64,000 nt of DNA from positions 1 through 64,000 of the IMG/VR virus record IMGVR_UViG_3300027566_000007; one strand, given 5' to 3'. The DNA comes from a virus. Its lineage: Duplodnaviria; Caudoviricetes. This document shows positions 1-10,065 of this stretch, piece by piece (within the stretch, counting starts at the first letter, position 1; the number at the start of each line of letters is the position of its first letter). The position numbers and the translations under genes are program-made. The notes beneath the pieces are model-generated. The model worked only from the letters and a program-made list of their open reading frames with translations, had not been told where the DNA came from and did no database searches.

Positions 1-159
1 TTATCAGAAGTCCCCTATGGTGCTACTGAAGAATTTAGAACAGGCGGAAAATACCCAGGTTCTCACTCTTACTTAAGATGGGCACTTGATAACAACGGGC
101 CCCAAATAGAAGCCACGATACGGAACGGGATTGAAGCCAGGCTTAAGAGGTATCGCTGA
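1..159 (+). CDS. Partial HK97 gp10-like neck/tail-completion protein (3' end)
   Basis: Open frame ...VPYGATEEFRTGGKYPGSHSYLRWALD...YR* resembles the gp10 EFGT...PFLRPAL motif; TGA overlaps next ATG. Confidence 0.6.
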   Translation, partial: LSEVPYGATEEFRTGGKYPGSHSYLRWALDNNGPQIEATIRNGIEARLKRYR

Positions 160-536
160 TGCTCGGGGCTGCAATCCGTGCTATTCTCCTCGCAAATTCA
201 GCCGTCTCTAACTTAGTTAGTACTCGGATTTTCCCTTTAGTGCTTCCACTGCAATGTACTTTTCCAGCTCTAACTTACTCCTTTCCTTCTGATCCATTTA
301 AAATCGCTATGCGTTCGGCGCGATGTCAAATAAGCTGTTGGGATTCAGATTATACAAACCGAGAACAGTTAAGACAGGTCGTTGAGGACGCTTTAAGATT
401 TTATTCAGGATCAATCCAGGGAGTAACAATTGAGGTAATCTATCCAATTGAATCTTATGATCATTATCTAGACAGTTCAAACGGGTTTTACTTTGCCCCT
501 ATAGATTTCAAAGTAAATTATTATCCACAGAGGTAA
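159..536 (+). CDS. Tail terminator (DUF3168/gp17-like)
   Basis: LVSTRIFPLVLP..FPALTY motif, 125 aa, directly upstream of tail tube gene. Confidence 0.7.
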   Translation: MLGAAIRAILLANSAVSNLVSTRIFPLVLPLQCTFPALTYSFPSDPFKIAMRSARCQISCWDSDYTNREQLRQVVEDALRFYSGSIQGVTIEVIYPIESYDHYLDSSNGFYFAPIDFKVNYYPQR

Positions 537-543
537 ACGATTC

Positions 544-1368
544 ATGGCAAGAGCACAGACAACACCACAGCTACTTAATTCTGTAACGATGGGTAGCGCA
601 AAAATTGAAATGAGAGCTTACGGATCTTCAGGAGCTTATACTGATCTCGGGCTAGCTTCTGGAATTGAATTTACGGAAACAATAACACCGGCTGAAATTA
701 AGCCTGATAATGCTTCTCCAATTACAGTAGACCTTCAGGAGCATTCAGCCACCGTTAAATTTGACCTTCTTGAGCAGGATCTCACAAAGATCTATGCTTT
801 GAGAGGCGGTTCAGGTGGGCTTGACACATATGCAACCCAAGCGGCTGAAGCAGTCACAGTAACAAATGAACCACATACACTAACAGGTACCAAAATGGTA
901 GCTCTTGATTTTGCTAATGGCGATGGTTCAGAGGTTGGCTCAATTGTAGTTACTGATGCTTCGAGTAATGCAGCCGTTAGAAATACGGATTATGTAATTA
1001 CCATCGGGGCAGACGGTAAAACCTATATTGGGAGAGTGGCAGCATCAACCGTGATTTCCACAGGTGAAGGCGTTCTCGTCGACTATTCTTATACTCCGCT
1101 TGCCAACAAATCACTATCAAGTGGTGGGAAGTCCACAATAGGCTATCTTGAAGTTAAACTCACCAACCTGAAAAATATTTCTGGAACTGATAAGGCAAAG
1201 ACAATTACAGTCTACAAAGTCCAGGTTCAAACCGGCCTAGATTACAAATTCCCGGCTGGGGATTCTACGGACCCGCTATCATATCCTGTTGAATTAAAGG
1301 GGTATGATGATGCTACCAGGACAGCAGGCGATCAACTGTATAAGATTGTTGATGAGCAGGGGGTCTAA
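544..1368 (+). CDS. Major tail tube protein with inserted Ig-like domain
   Basis: DLGLASGIEF...TVKFDLLEQDL N-terminus, LDYKF...SYPVELKG C-terminus; central beta-rich insert; synteny. Confidence 0.8.
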   Translation: MARAQTTPQLLNSVTMGSAKIEMRAYGSSGAYTDLGLASGIEFTETITPAEIKPDNASPITVDLQEHSATVKFDLLEQDLTKIYALRGGSGGLDTYATQAAEAVTVTNEPHTLTGTKMVALDFANGDGSEVGSIVVTDASSNAAVRNTDYVITIGADGKTYIGRVAASTVISTGEGVLVDYSYTPLANKSLSSGGKSTIGYLEVKLTNLKNISGTDKAKTITVYKVQVQTGLDYKFPAGDSTDPLSYPVELKGYDDATRTAGDQLYKIVDEQGV

Positions 1369-1370
1369 GC

Positions 1371-1706
1371 GTGGCTGATGATGTTCAGGATGGCATAAAC
1401 ATTATCGCGCCTCCTATGAAAAGAATCAATTTCTTAGGGGAAATTGTAGAGATCGCTTTTGTGCCAGCCCGTATCGATATCGAATTCAATCGTGTAATTG
1501 AAGAGTGTAAGGCTGGAAAATTGGGTGATTATGAGGGGTTAACACAACTATCAAATTTAATTCTAAAACTTTGCAAATCTAACCCCAATATTACTTATGA
1601 CTGGCTTCTCGATAACGCTTCTTTCGATATGATGACGGATTTCTTCAAAGCAGCCAAAGGGGCAAAAAATGAGAAAGAACCGGAGAAGTCGTCTGGAAAA
1701 AACTAA
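1371..1706 (+). CDS. Tail assembly chaperone (gpG-like)
   Basis: Between tail tube and TMP; ends on slippery heptamer. Confidence 0.75.
   Translation: MADDVQDGINIIAPPMKRINFLGEIVEIAFVPARIDIEFNRVIEECKAGKLGDYEGLTQLSNLILKLCKSNPNITYDWLLDNASFDMMTDFFKAAKGAKNEKEPEKSSGKN
1697..1703 (+). other. -1 programmed frameshift slippery site A AAA AAC
   Basis: The -1 frame is open from 1697 (KKLTIGEIFVQVGIMFAW...) into ORF 1739..1996. Confidence 0.8.
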
Positions 1707-1996
1707 CTATTGGTGAAATATTCGTTCAAGTAGGCATTATGTTTGCATGGGCTACACCAGAACACTTACTTGACAAAATGTCTCTTGATCAAATAATTTA
1801 TTATTATAACGTTGGTTGGGACACCGAGCAGACTAAAGCAAAGGTACATTGGGGCACTTATAGATCTTTGATTTCTGAAAGCAATCCAGACACTCAATCA
1901 AAAAAACAATCAAGACCGGACATCGAAGAATTAAGACTCCATCCAGGATACGAAAACGCATACTACGATGAGAAAGGCAAGTTTCATAAGGAGTAA
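1697..1996 (+). CDS. gpT-like frameshift extension of tail chaperone
   Basis: -1 frame relative to 1371..1706; ends 3 nt before TMP start. Confidence 0.7.
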   Translation, partial: KKLTIGEIFVQVGIMFAWATPEHLLDKMSLDQIIYYYNVGWDTEQTKAKVHWGTYRSLISESNPDTQSKKQSRPDIEELRLHPGYENAYYDEKGKFHKE

Positions 1997-1999
1997 AAA

Positions 2000-4900
2000 A
2001 TGTCAGCAGTTGGAGAGCTCACAGTAAATATAGTGGGGGACATGAGTAAGCTTTCCTCTGCTTTCTCAAAAGCGTCATCTGAAGTCGGAAAGTTCGGCAG
2101 CTCAGTTACTGGAATTGGCTCCTCAATGACCTCAAAAGTAGGGAGTGCTCTTTCCACAGTTGGAACCGCTGCCATAGTAACAGGAACGGCTTTAGGTGCT
2201 GGTCTTGTTGCGGGTGGCGCGAAAGCTACCTCAATGTTTGTAGATTTTGAAAAGTCTATAAGTAACGCTGCTTCTGTCACCGGTCTTACGGGACAAGCTT
2301 TCAAAGATGCTAAACAGAATATTTCAGATGTTGCCCAGGAATTAGGACAGAAAACAGCATTCTCGTCTAGTCAAGCAGCCGATGCACTTTATAATCTGGC
2401 TTCTGCTGGCGTTGATGTTTCTGCTATCACATCTGATAAACTTATTCCTGTTCTGAGCCTGGCATCAGGCACTCAATACGATCTAGCAGACACTACCGCG
2501 ATTGTAACAAGTACACTTTCTCAATTCGGGTTACAGTTTGAGTCCGCTGGTCGTGTTTCAGATGTTTTTGCAAAGTCAGCCGCATTGAGTCAAGCCAGTA
2601 TGGACAAGCTGAAATACTCAATGGCACAGGTCGGAACTATTGCAAGTTCAGCCGGTCTATCCTTGGAAGATACTACCGCCGCCCTCTCTAAAATGTACGA
2701 TGCCGGCATGGATGGTTCAAGCGCAGGAACAGGCCTAAAAGGAGTTATAGCCTCATTGATGGCCCCCACATCCAATGCCACTGATGTTTTTAAGAGTATG
2801 GGGTTAACCCTCGCGGATATCAGCCCTGCATCGAATAAATTTTCAGACATTATTGAAAAATTGAAAGAACACGGATTAGACAGTACAAAAGCTTTTCAGT
2901 TGTTTGGACGAGAAGGAGCTCCCGCTATTATGGCTCTTGTTAATCAGTCAGACGGCCTTAAAACGATGACTGAGCAACTGAAGGAGGCAGGTGGGGCCGC
3001 TCAAACGATGGCAGATCAACAGCTTGATACACTGTCCGGAAGTCTTGACAGTCTGTCTGGTTCAATTGAAAATGTATGGATTAACGTAGGACAGGCACTG
3101 GCTCCAAGCATCCGATCAGTAGCCGATGGTCTTACGGCTGCAATTCCAGGCATTCAAACGTTCGTTGTAGGTGCGGTGGAAAGTTTTGTAGGTTTTGTAG
3201 GCGGGCTTAAAGACTCAATTTCATCACTGTCAACAATTGGAAGTACAGTTCTAGACATTTTTAAGACTATTTTTGAATCAGTTTTTGGCTCAGTTTCCAG
3301 TATTGAAGGCTCGTTATCTGGTGTCATAAATGGAATTATGAGTCGGATAGCTGGTATAGTCACTGAAGCTGCACCATTCATTGAAAATGCTGTTATCGGC
3401 ATTGTTGGGTTTTTTAGAGATCTTGTAACAGCACTTCAGCCCACATTTACTAATTTAACATCGATAGCAATTGGTATAATTACACTATTTAGTAATTTAT
3501 TCTCTGGACTTGCTGGTACAGACTCAACAAAAGCGGCTACTGTTATTGCAAATGTGGTAAATACGATCTCATCTGTTTTAGCGCGTTTAGTTTCCGTAGC
3601 TACTACTGCATTTTATCAGATATTGCCAACACTGCAAACCGTATTTACGACAATTGTATCTACAGTTCAGGGTATTTTATCCACTATATCAGGAGTGGTT
3701 AACTCTTACCTCCCAACATTTACACTTATAGGTAAATTAATTACTGATACATTTTCCAAAATTCCAACAATAATAAATGATGTAAATACAAAACTAGCCC
3801 CCACCTGGAATAATTTAGGGATAATATTTGATGCAGGCAGCAGATTAATAACAAGTGCAATACAGCCTTTGATACCTGCTTTTACTTCGCTATTCAATTC
3901 ATTAAGTAATTCAACTTCGATAGATTCAATTAGTACTACAATTGCAAACGTTTTTAATACTATTTCTGGATCAATTGCTAATTTTATGATATCATTAGCT
4001 GAGAATGGCGGGATATCTGGAGCAATCGAAAGCGCTTTTAATATCGATTTGGGTAAAACATTCGATACGATTAAAACGATTTTTGAAACTGGTAAAAATA
4101 TAATAACCGGATTCATAAGTGAGTTATCACCGTCATGGGATAATCTGAAATCTAGCTTTGATTCAATAAAAACGATAATTGAAGAAGTTGCACCATCGTT
4201 TACTTCGTTCTTTGACACTCTCGGAGGATCGAGTGGCAATACAGCGGTTTCAGTTACATCACTATTAGCAGGTGTAATTAATACTCTAACAGGGGCGATA
4301 GCAGGATTTCTTAAATGGCTTGCTGATAACCCTAAAGTTGTAGAGTTTGGCCTAGCTCTTGCCGGTGTAGCGGTTGCAGCGTCAGGGCTTGTTATAGGGT
4401 TAGCTAGCGTTATTTCAGTATTAACCCCTATATTCGCTGCGATATCATCAGGGATCGCGTTTGTATCGGGGTTAAGCCTGTCCTGGGCTTCATTGGGGAC
4501 TGTTGTTAGTGTTATAGGTACGTCGTTGTTCCCCACGTTAGCGGCTGCCATCGGGACAGTGGGTGGTGTGGTGCTCCCTGCTCTTAGTACTGCGCTTGGG
4601 GTTGTCTCTGGCGTGATTGGCGTAATCGCCTATACGGTAATACCAATTTTAGTAGAAGCTTTCGGTTTGCTGATCTCTCCTGTAGGTTTAGTCATCGGTG
4701 CAATTGCACTTCTTTATGTTGCCTGGACTAAAAATTGGTTTGATATTCAGGGCAAAACAAGAGAAGCCGTAGACTTTATAAAAGAAAAATGGAATCAGTT
4801 CACTACTGAACTTGGTAGATTGCCGGGTGTAGCATCTACAGCACTCGGTACTCTTAAAACTACATTCAGTACAGCATTTAATAATATTATTGTTGATATT

Positions 4901-6166
4901 CAGAATTGGATAACTCGACAGCAAGAACGCTATGCATACGCAATTGTTCAGTTGAACAGCTTTAAAGCGCAGGTAATCCAGAGATGGAATGAAATTAAAG
5001 CTAGTGTACTTATAAAGCTGAATGAAACCGTTGCAGATATTCAAAACTGGATATCTAGACAACAAGCGAAATATTCACAAGCAGTAACCCAATTAAACAG
5101 TTTCAAAGCTCAAATAACTCTAAAATGGTTAGAAATTAAGTCAAATGTTTTGACTAAATTTAATGAGTTAATTGTAGATATCCAAAATTGGATATCCAGG
5201 CAACAAGCAAAATTCACACAATCTATTACCTCACTCAATGCGTTTAGGTCACAATTAATACTCAAATGGACTGAAATAAAATCAGGAGTGTTAGCAAAGT
5301 TTAATGAGTTAGTGGCAGATGCTCAAAACTGGGTTAACCGACAAAAAGAAAAATTTAATCTAGCTGTCTCTTCTGTAACTGATTTAAAGTCTAAAATAAT
5401 TTCAGCTTTTCAGGACATGCTTTCCAGCATCCGCTCTAAAATATCTGATATAGTTAGTGCAGTTTCAGAATTACCTTCAAAAATTAGGAGCACGGCTACA
5501 GACTGGTATAATGCAGGAAAGAACTTAGTTCAAAACTTGATCGATGGAATTGCTGACAAAATAACCGCATTGAAAAACAAAGTTAGTGAAATGACGTCAC
5601 TCGTCGCCAGCTATCTTCCAATGAATAGCCCGTCACTCAAAGGGGCACTTTCTAAACTCCCAAAGTGGAATGATGTTATTTCATCCCCTTTATCAAGTTC
5701 TCTATCCACGGCAGCGAAATCAGCTAAAAATGCAGGCTCATCCATCATAAGTTCCATTTCAAGTGGAATAAAAAACGCTGCAAGCTCAGTATATAATGCG
5801 GCATCTTCAACTCTGAAAAAAGTAAGTAATCTATTTCCACATTCTCCCGCGAAAGAAGGCCCCTTCAAGACTCTGCCCAATTGGGACGCAGTGTTTCTTG
5901 ATCCGCTAACGGAGTCAATATACAAAATAAATACCCTTTCATCACCGCTATCAAGTGCCCTTAGCAACATTCGAAACCCCGTTGATGCAAACATTAGCAG
6001 CGGGCTTAATACAATTTCTAATGTTACAACTTCAAACAGTTACACTTACGGAGGAGACACTCTCAGCCTCGGCGGTGTAACATTAGCAAATAACCTGGAT
6101 GTTAATGCTCTCTTCGATGCTTGGGAAAAGCGGATGGCAAACAAAAGGAGGGCCAGGGGAATATGA
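2000..6166 (+). CDS. Tape measure protein (TP901/PhageMin_Tail-type core)
   Basis: 1388 aa, Ala/Ser-rich; ELGQKTAFSSSQAADALYNLASAG and GMDGSSAGTGLK motifs; hydrophobic segment; HSPAKEGP C-terminal motif. Confidence 0.93.
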   Translation: MSAVGELTVNIVGDMSKLSSAFSKASSEVGKFGSSVTGIGSSMTSKVGSALSTVGTAAIVTGTALGAGLVAGGAKATSMFVDFEKSISNAASVTGLTGQAFKDAKQNISDVAQELGQKTAFSSSQAADALYNLASAGVDVSAITSDKLIPVLSLASGTQYDLADTTAIVTSTLSQFGLQFESAGRVSDVFAKSAALSQASMDKLKYSMAQVGTIASSAGLSLEDTTAALSKMYDAGMDGSSAGTGLKGVIASLMAPTSNATDVFKSMGLTLADISPASNKFSDIIEKLKEHGLDSTKAFQLFGREGAPAIMALVNQSDGLKTMTEQLKEAGGAAQTMADQQLDTLSGSLDSLSGSIENVWINVGQALAPSIRSVADGLTAAIPGIQTFVVGAVESFVGFVGGLKDSISSLSTIGSTVLDIFKTIFESVFGSVSSIEGSLSGVINGIMSRIAGIVTEAAPFIENAVIGIVGFFRDLVTALQPTFTNLTSIAIGIITLFSNLFSGLAGTDSTKAATVIANVVNTISSVLARLVSVATTAFYQILPTLQTVFTTIVSTVQGILSTISGVVNSYLPTFTLIGKLITDTFSKIPTIINDVNTKLAPTWNNLGIIFDAGSRLITSAIQPLIPAFTSLFNSLSNSTSIDSISTTIANVFNTISGSIANFMISLAENGGISGAIESAFNIDLGKTFDTIKTIFETGKNIITGFISELSPSWDNLKSSFDSIKTIIEEVAPSFTSFFDTLGGSSGNTAVSVTSLLAGVINTLTGAIAGFLKWLADNPKVVEFGLALAGVAVAASGLVIGLASVISVLTPIFAAISSGIAFVSGLSLSWASLGTVVSVIGTSLFPTLAAAIGTVGGVVLPALSTALGVVSGVIGVIAYTVIPILVEAFGLLISPVGLVIGAIALLYVAWTKNWFDIQGKTREAVDFIKEKWNQFTTELGRLPGVASTALGTLKTTFSTAFNNIIVDIQNWITRQQERYAYAIVQLNSFKAQVIQRWNEIKASVLIKLNETVADIQNWISRQQAKYSQAVTQLNSFKAQITLKWLEIKSNVLTKFNELIVDIQNWISRQQAKFTQSITSLNAFRSQLILKWTEIKSGVLAKFNELVADAQNWVNRQKEKFNLAVSSVTDLKSKIISAFQDMLSSIRSKISDIVSAVSELPSKIRSTATDWYNAGKNLVQNLIDGIADKITALKNKVSEMTSLVASYLPMNSPSLKGALSKLPKWNDVISSPLSSSLSTAAKSAKNAGSSIISSISSGIKNAASSVYNAASSTLKKVSNLFPHSPAKEGPFKTLPNWDAVFLDPLTESIYKINTLSSPLSSALSNIRNPVDANISSGLNTISNVTTSNSYTYGGDTLSLGGVTLANNLDVNALFDAWEKRMANKRRARGI
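4895..5458 (+). repeat. Four tandem 141-nt (47-aa) repeats within TMP
   Basis: D(I/A)QNW units start at 4895, 5036, 5177, 5318 (exact 141-nt period). Confidence 0.9.
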
Positions 6167-6867
6167 TAGTAACATTCATGGGCTTGACTGTCTCAGCCTA
6201 TCAAAATGATAAGTACTCGTATGGAATATCCTCAAAAGAGTCTAGGCAGTATTCAGGAGCTATCTACGCTTCGATATCTCCCGTAAGTACCACTTTCCCC
6301 AGGTCTTTTGACTGCTATGTAACTGACAAAACAGAATTTGAAACCCTCGCGACAAAAATAGGTGTATTCGGGACTCTGATTATTGACGGTACAAGTTACA
6401 CCAACTGTTATATTTCCGATTTTAGCGATATTTACGAGATTGTTAGAGGTTCTGGGAAATACACCTATCATATACAATTTTCTCAAGCTGTTACAGACGC
6501 TCAATCTGATCAGGTTTATGCAAATGAAGAGACTGTTCACATCTACACTGATAAAGCATTGGCAGCCGGAGCTACACTTGATTATATCCCCATCCTTCTA
6601 AGAGGACTGGCTTACGTTAACGTTTCCGTCGAAAATAAAGGTTCAAGTGAAAACCTCAGAGTTGAACTTTACGGAGCTCATACTTTAAACGGTGATGAAA
6701 ACTATGCACTGTTCTTAGCTGTTCTTGATAATACCACCGCTGGAAAATCAAGTGGTGGGAATATAACCGGACCTCCAAATTACGCATTTTTACATTTTGA
6801 AAATTGGGATTTAGAACATTCTACATCAATCGACTTCACAATTTCAAAAGTTGCTACACGGAGATGA
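6163..6867 (+). CDS. Distal tail (Dit)-like protein
   Basis: First gene after TMP, ATGA overlap at 6163; beta-rich. Confidence 0.55.
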   Translation: MIVTFMGLTVSAYQNDKYSYGISSKESRQYSGAIYASISPVSTTFPRSFDCYVTDKTEFETLATKIGVFGTLIIDGTSYTNCYISDFSDIYEIVRGSGKYTYHIQFSQAVTDAQSDQVYANEETVHIYTDKALAAGATLDYIPILLRGLAYVNVSVENKGSSENLRVELYGAHTLNGDENYALFLAVLDNTTAGKSSGGNITGPPNYAFLHFENWDLEHSTSIDFTISKVATRR

Positions 6868-6871
6868 TAAA

Positions 6872-7246
6872 ATAATCACAAAAGTAGGTTTAGAATACCT
6901 TGCAAAAAACACATGTGGAATAACCAGTAATGCATTTACATATTTTGCTATAGGAGCGGGGTCCACTGCGGAAAGTGAAAATAACACCGCTTTAGCCTCA
7001 GAAAACACTCTGTACGGAGCTGCAAGAAAACTTGCTACCTGCTCTTTTGTATCACCATCAACGGCAGTATGGGAAGCTACTTTCGCTTTTACCGGTGATG
7101 TAACAGTCCGGGAGTATGGTATTTTTGACGCTGTTACTGGTGGCAATTTGTTAGCCAGAGTTGTACTATCTGAAAATAATTATTTTCACGATACCCAGGC
7201 TGGGTCTTTCCATGTTGAAATCCCATTTGCTAGGGTGGTGACCTAA
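6872..7246 (+). CDS. Tail-collar/fibre N-terminal (DUF3751-like) protein; start ATA 6872 or TTG 6851
   Basis: ITKVGLEYLAK...YFAIGAG...TAL.SE...VREYGIFD...GNLLARVV pattern; no in-frame ATG. Confidence 0.6.
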   Translation: MITKVGLEYLAKNTCGITSNAFTYFAIGAGSTAESENNTALASENTLYGAARKLATCSFVSPSTAVWEATFAFTGDVTVREYGIFDAVTGGNLLARVVLSENNYFHDTQAGSFHVEIPFARVVT

Positions 7247-7632
7247 TGGCACTGACAAAACCAGCTACATTACTTTTTGACAATATAACTCTTGTAGGTA
7301 GAGAATATTCCGACGCAAGTGCGGGGGTTGATCTAACTACAGCCGTGGATTTTGCGATTGGATACCGGCTAACATTCAATGCAAGTTCGGCCATAGGCGT
7401 GACAGTATTTATGTTTAGTGATCCCTCAGGCAGTGATATTAATTTCACAGCCGCAGCATCCGATAACCCCGCTGATCAGTGCCCAATAAGTGGGGGTGGA
7501 ACTTCGCAGGGTAAGACAGTTGCAAGCACTTATAGGATGGATCACTCTGGAAAATATGTTAAGTTCCGAGTATATAATCACGATAGTGTAAGTGTTACGA
7601 ATTTTTCACTCTGGGCAATTCCACAAAAATAA
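7246..7632 (+). CDS. Hypothetical virion protein
   Basis: 128 aa, beta-rich, inside tail operon. Confidence 0.5.
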   Translation: MALTKPATLLFDNITLVGREYSDASAGVDLTTAVDFAIGYRLTFNASSAIGVTVFMFSDPSGSDINFTAAASDNPADQCPISGGGTSQGKTVASTYRMDHSGKYVKFRVYNHDSVSVTNFSLWAIPQK

Positions 7633-7641
7633 GGTGTTTTA

Positions 7642-10065
7642 ATGTTATCTTATGTGCAGTGGAAAAAAACATATGAAATTAACATTGAAAACCCCTCGGA
7701 TACTGAAGGTTTTCAAGGAACCTTTGTTTTATATTATATCAGAGGGATGAATAAAGACTTCTCTGATGTAAGATTTTCCACTGTAAAGAAAAAACCTATC
7801 CCTTATGTTATCGAAAATGTATCTATTTTTAATAGTTGTCGTGTCTGGCTTTCCCTCCCAGCAGGCGAAACTAAAATATTAATGTATATTGGGAACGGAG
7901 CAGCGACTTCAGATAGCAGTCCGGCAGATGTATTTGACTACTATATAAAATTTGAGAAGACTGATAATTCCGCGTGGACCCTAGAATCTGGTTCACTGAA
8001 AATAGATAATGGAGTCCTGTTATTAAACAACTCGTCAAAATCTACTATACTGACATCTAAAACTTCTTATCCGGTTAACACGTTTGTCGAAATCAGAGCT
8101 CATCATACCGCAGGAAATGACTTTAAAGCAGGATTTGCAACCACTTCACCGGCAAAGGCAGCCGCCTGGGCGGGATCGTCAGATTACAATAAAAATGATC
8201 TGATGTTAACTATTAACTCAGGAATTACCGACTACACAAATGACGGTGTAGACCGCAGCGGAAACACGTTTTATACATATGGGGTCTTACACCTCGCAGC
8301 CGGAGATAAATTTTATATCAATTATGTGCTAAGAGGCACAGCTACAACCGCTTTACCTGGAAATGTTAGTTTACCTATTCAGCTTTTTTCAGAGAATGCT
8401 GAATCACTATATGTAGATTGGGTTCGAATTAGAAAATATTCAGCAACTGACCCAATCATAACAGTAGGAAGACGGTATCTGCAACAGACAGTTGCGTACA
8501 TTTTTAACGAAAGTTATTATTCTCATACGGATACTATAGCCGTTTTTTTATCACACTCTTTGCATAAACATTTTTATGATGTTTTGCCGGTTGGTGTAAA
8601 ACTTGAAACTTTTCTTGGGGAACCTGAAAAGTTTACAGCGTCTGAAACAGTGTCAGTTTCTATGACAACTGACCCAATAATACGATACGAAGAACTTGGA
8701 GATTATAGCCTTGATACCTGCGATATCTCGCGTTCGACATCCGAGGTATATACTCAATTATCAGCCGACTTTTTCAATGAAATTGTACCGCCTGAAGGCA
8801 CGACTATAAAACATATCGTTAGAGACTCGAAATATATTCAACATATGCTCTTTTCAGGGCAAGTTATCACGAAAAACCCCAAATTATCCCATTTAGAAAA
8901 CGCTGTCAGTATTGAAGCAGCCGATCTTTCAAGGAATCTGTCTATCCAACCTATTCCCTGGAATTATCAGGTAATTTCGTTAGACGAAACCCATGTCAAT
9001 TTTAGTCAGTGGATAGTTGAACTATTGGATTCTACGCATACAGGTGTTATCCAGGGTAATATTATTGACACTAACAAGCCCGATAAGCAATTTGTGTTCA
9101 AGCCCGATACTACCCGGTGGGAGGCTATTCAGGAAATTGCTGATTATATGGGATGCATTCCCTATATTAAACTTCTTGAAAAATATGATGTTTCAACTGA
9201 CAGGATTCTCGTATACTCTGCACTATATGTTGTTCCCGTAAAAGATATCGACCAAAAGTATGGTGGTTTCGACCTTCCAACGCCCCTAGTACTTACCTGG
9301 CCTGATAATACCATTAATGACAATCCAACTGTTCCAGGTTCTCAGGATACTCAATATAATTGCGTGATGATCCATGGAGTCTTATCTAATACCCAGGCAA
9401 CGGTTGTTGCTGTCGCCTGTACTCCTGAAGTAGCTAACGGGACAGCCTGGGCAAATACCTATACACTTGAAGATAACGCTATCTATGAGAAAAGCAGTAC
9501 AGCCGAAGCTGAAGCTATAAAATGGCTGCTATATTTCAATACTCAGAAATCATCAGTCCAGCTCAAGTTTTTAGATCGATATGATATCGAACTGTACCAA
9601 AGAATTAGATTTGGAACTGGGTTTTCAAAGTTGCTTAGGGACCTTACAGACAGGCAGCAATTATCTTATGTCGTTGCTTATGATCCAAGAGACGAAGCTA
9701 ATTCTAAGCACAATGTGGATGTATCGGGAGTACCTTCTCCGTCGTGGCTTCGAGTATCAGAAGTTAAGTATCACTCTGGAAATAATGATAATTACTGTGA
9801 TGTCAAGCTCATTACTGACTATATCTATTCTTCTATTGACTCGGTGGTACAGTCTCCTTATGATCAATATATTGCTCCTGGATACTATAAACCAACAACA
9901 GACGACAGTATTTCAAGTACACAGTCAATTGTTGAGAGCACGCTCTCTAAGAAACAAGCAGACTATGTGACAGGAACCCTGTTATCAGCAGACCCAGATA
10001 CTAAGATGGGGACAATTAAAACAAATTCAGGCAAAATTCTGAAGGTGTCGTTACCGTGGTTATAA
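7642..10065 (+). CDS. Tail tip/baseplate hub protein with N-terminal DUF2341 and lectin-like domain
   Basis: WKKTYEINI...MNKDFSDVRF...VWLSLPAGE...YIGNGAATS...VFDYY (DUF2341-like); TRWEAIQEIADYMGC hub-like motif. Confidence 0.65.
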   Translation: MLSYVQWKKTYEINIENPSDTEGFQGTFVLYYIRGMNKDFSDVRFSTVKKKPIPYVIENVSIFNSCRVWLSLPAGETKILMYIGNGAATSDSSPADVFDYYIKFEKTDNSAWTLESGSLKIDNGVLLLNNSSKSTILTSKTSYPVNTFVEIRAHHTAGNDFKAGFATTSPAKAAAWAGSSDYNKNDLMLTINSGITDYTNDGVDRSGNTFYTYGVLHLAAGDKFYINYVLRGTATTALPGNVSLPIQLFSENAESLYVDWVRIRKYSATDPIITVGRRYLQQTVAYIFNESYYSHTDTIAVFLSHSLHKHFYDVLPVGVKLETFLGEPEKFTASETVSVSMTTDPIIRYEELGDYSLDTCDISRSTSEVYTQLSADFFNEIVPPEGTTIKHIVRDSKYIQHMLFSGQVITKNPKLSHLENAVSIEAADLSRNLSIQPIPWNYQVISLDETHVNFSQWIVELLDSTHTGVIQGNIIDTNKPDKQFVFKPDTTRWEAIQEIADYMGCIPYIKLLEKYDVSTDRILVYSALYVVPVKDIDQKYGGFDLPTPLVLTWPDNTINDNPTVPGSQDTQYNCVMIHGVLSNTQATVVAVACTPEVANGTAWANTYTLEDNAIYEKSSTAEAEAIKWLLYFNTQKSSVQLKFLDRYDIELYQRIRFGTGFSKLLRDLTDRQQLSYVVAYDPRDEANSKHNVDVSGVPSPSWLRVSEVKYHSGNNDNYCDVKLITDYIYSSIDSVVQSPYDQYIAPGYYKPTTDDSISSTQSIVESTLSKKQADYVTGTLLSADPDTKMGTIKTNSGKILKVSLPWL

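Noticed and set aside
1984-5994. Minus-strand ORFs antisense to TMP (e.g. 3706..4551) and similar shadow ORFs elsewhere
   Set aside because: Fully overlap well-supported genes; no RBS or motifs
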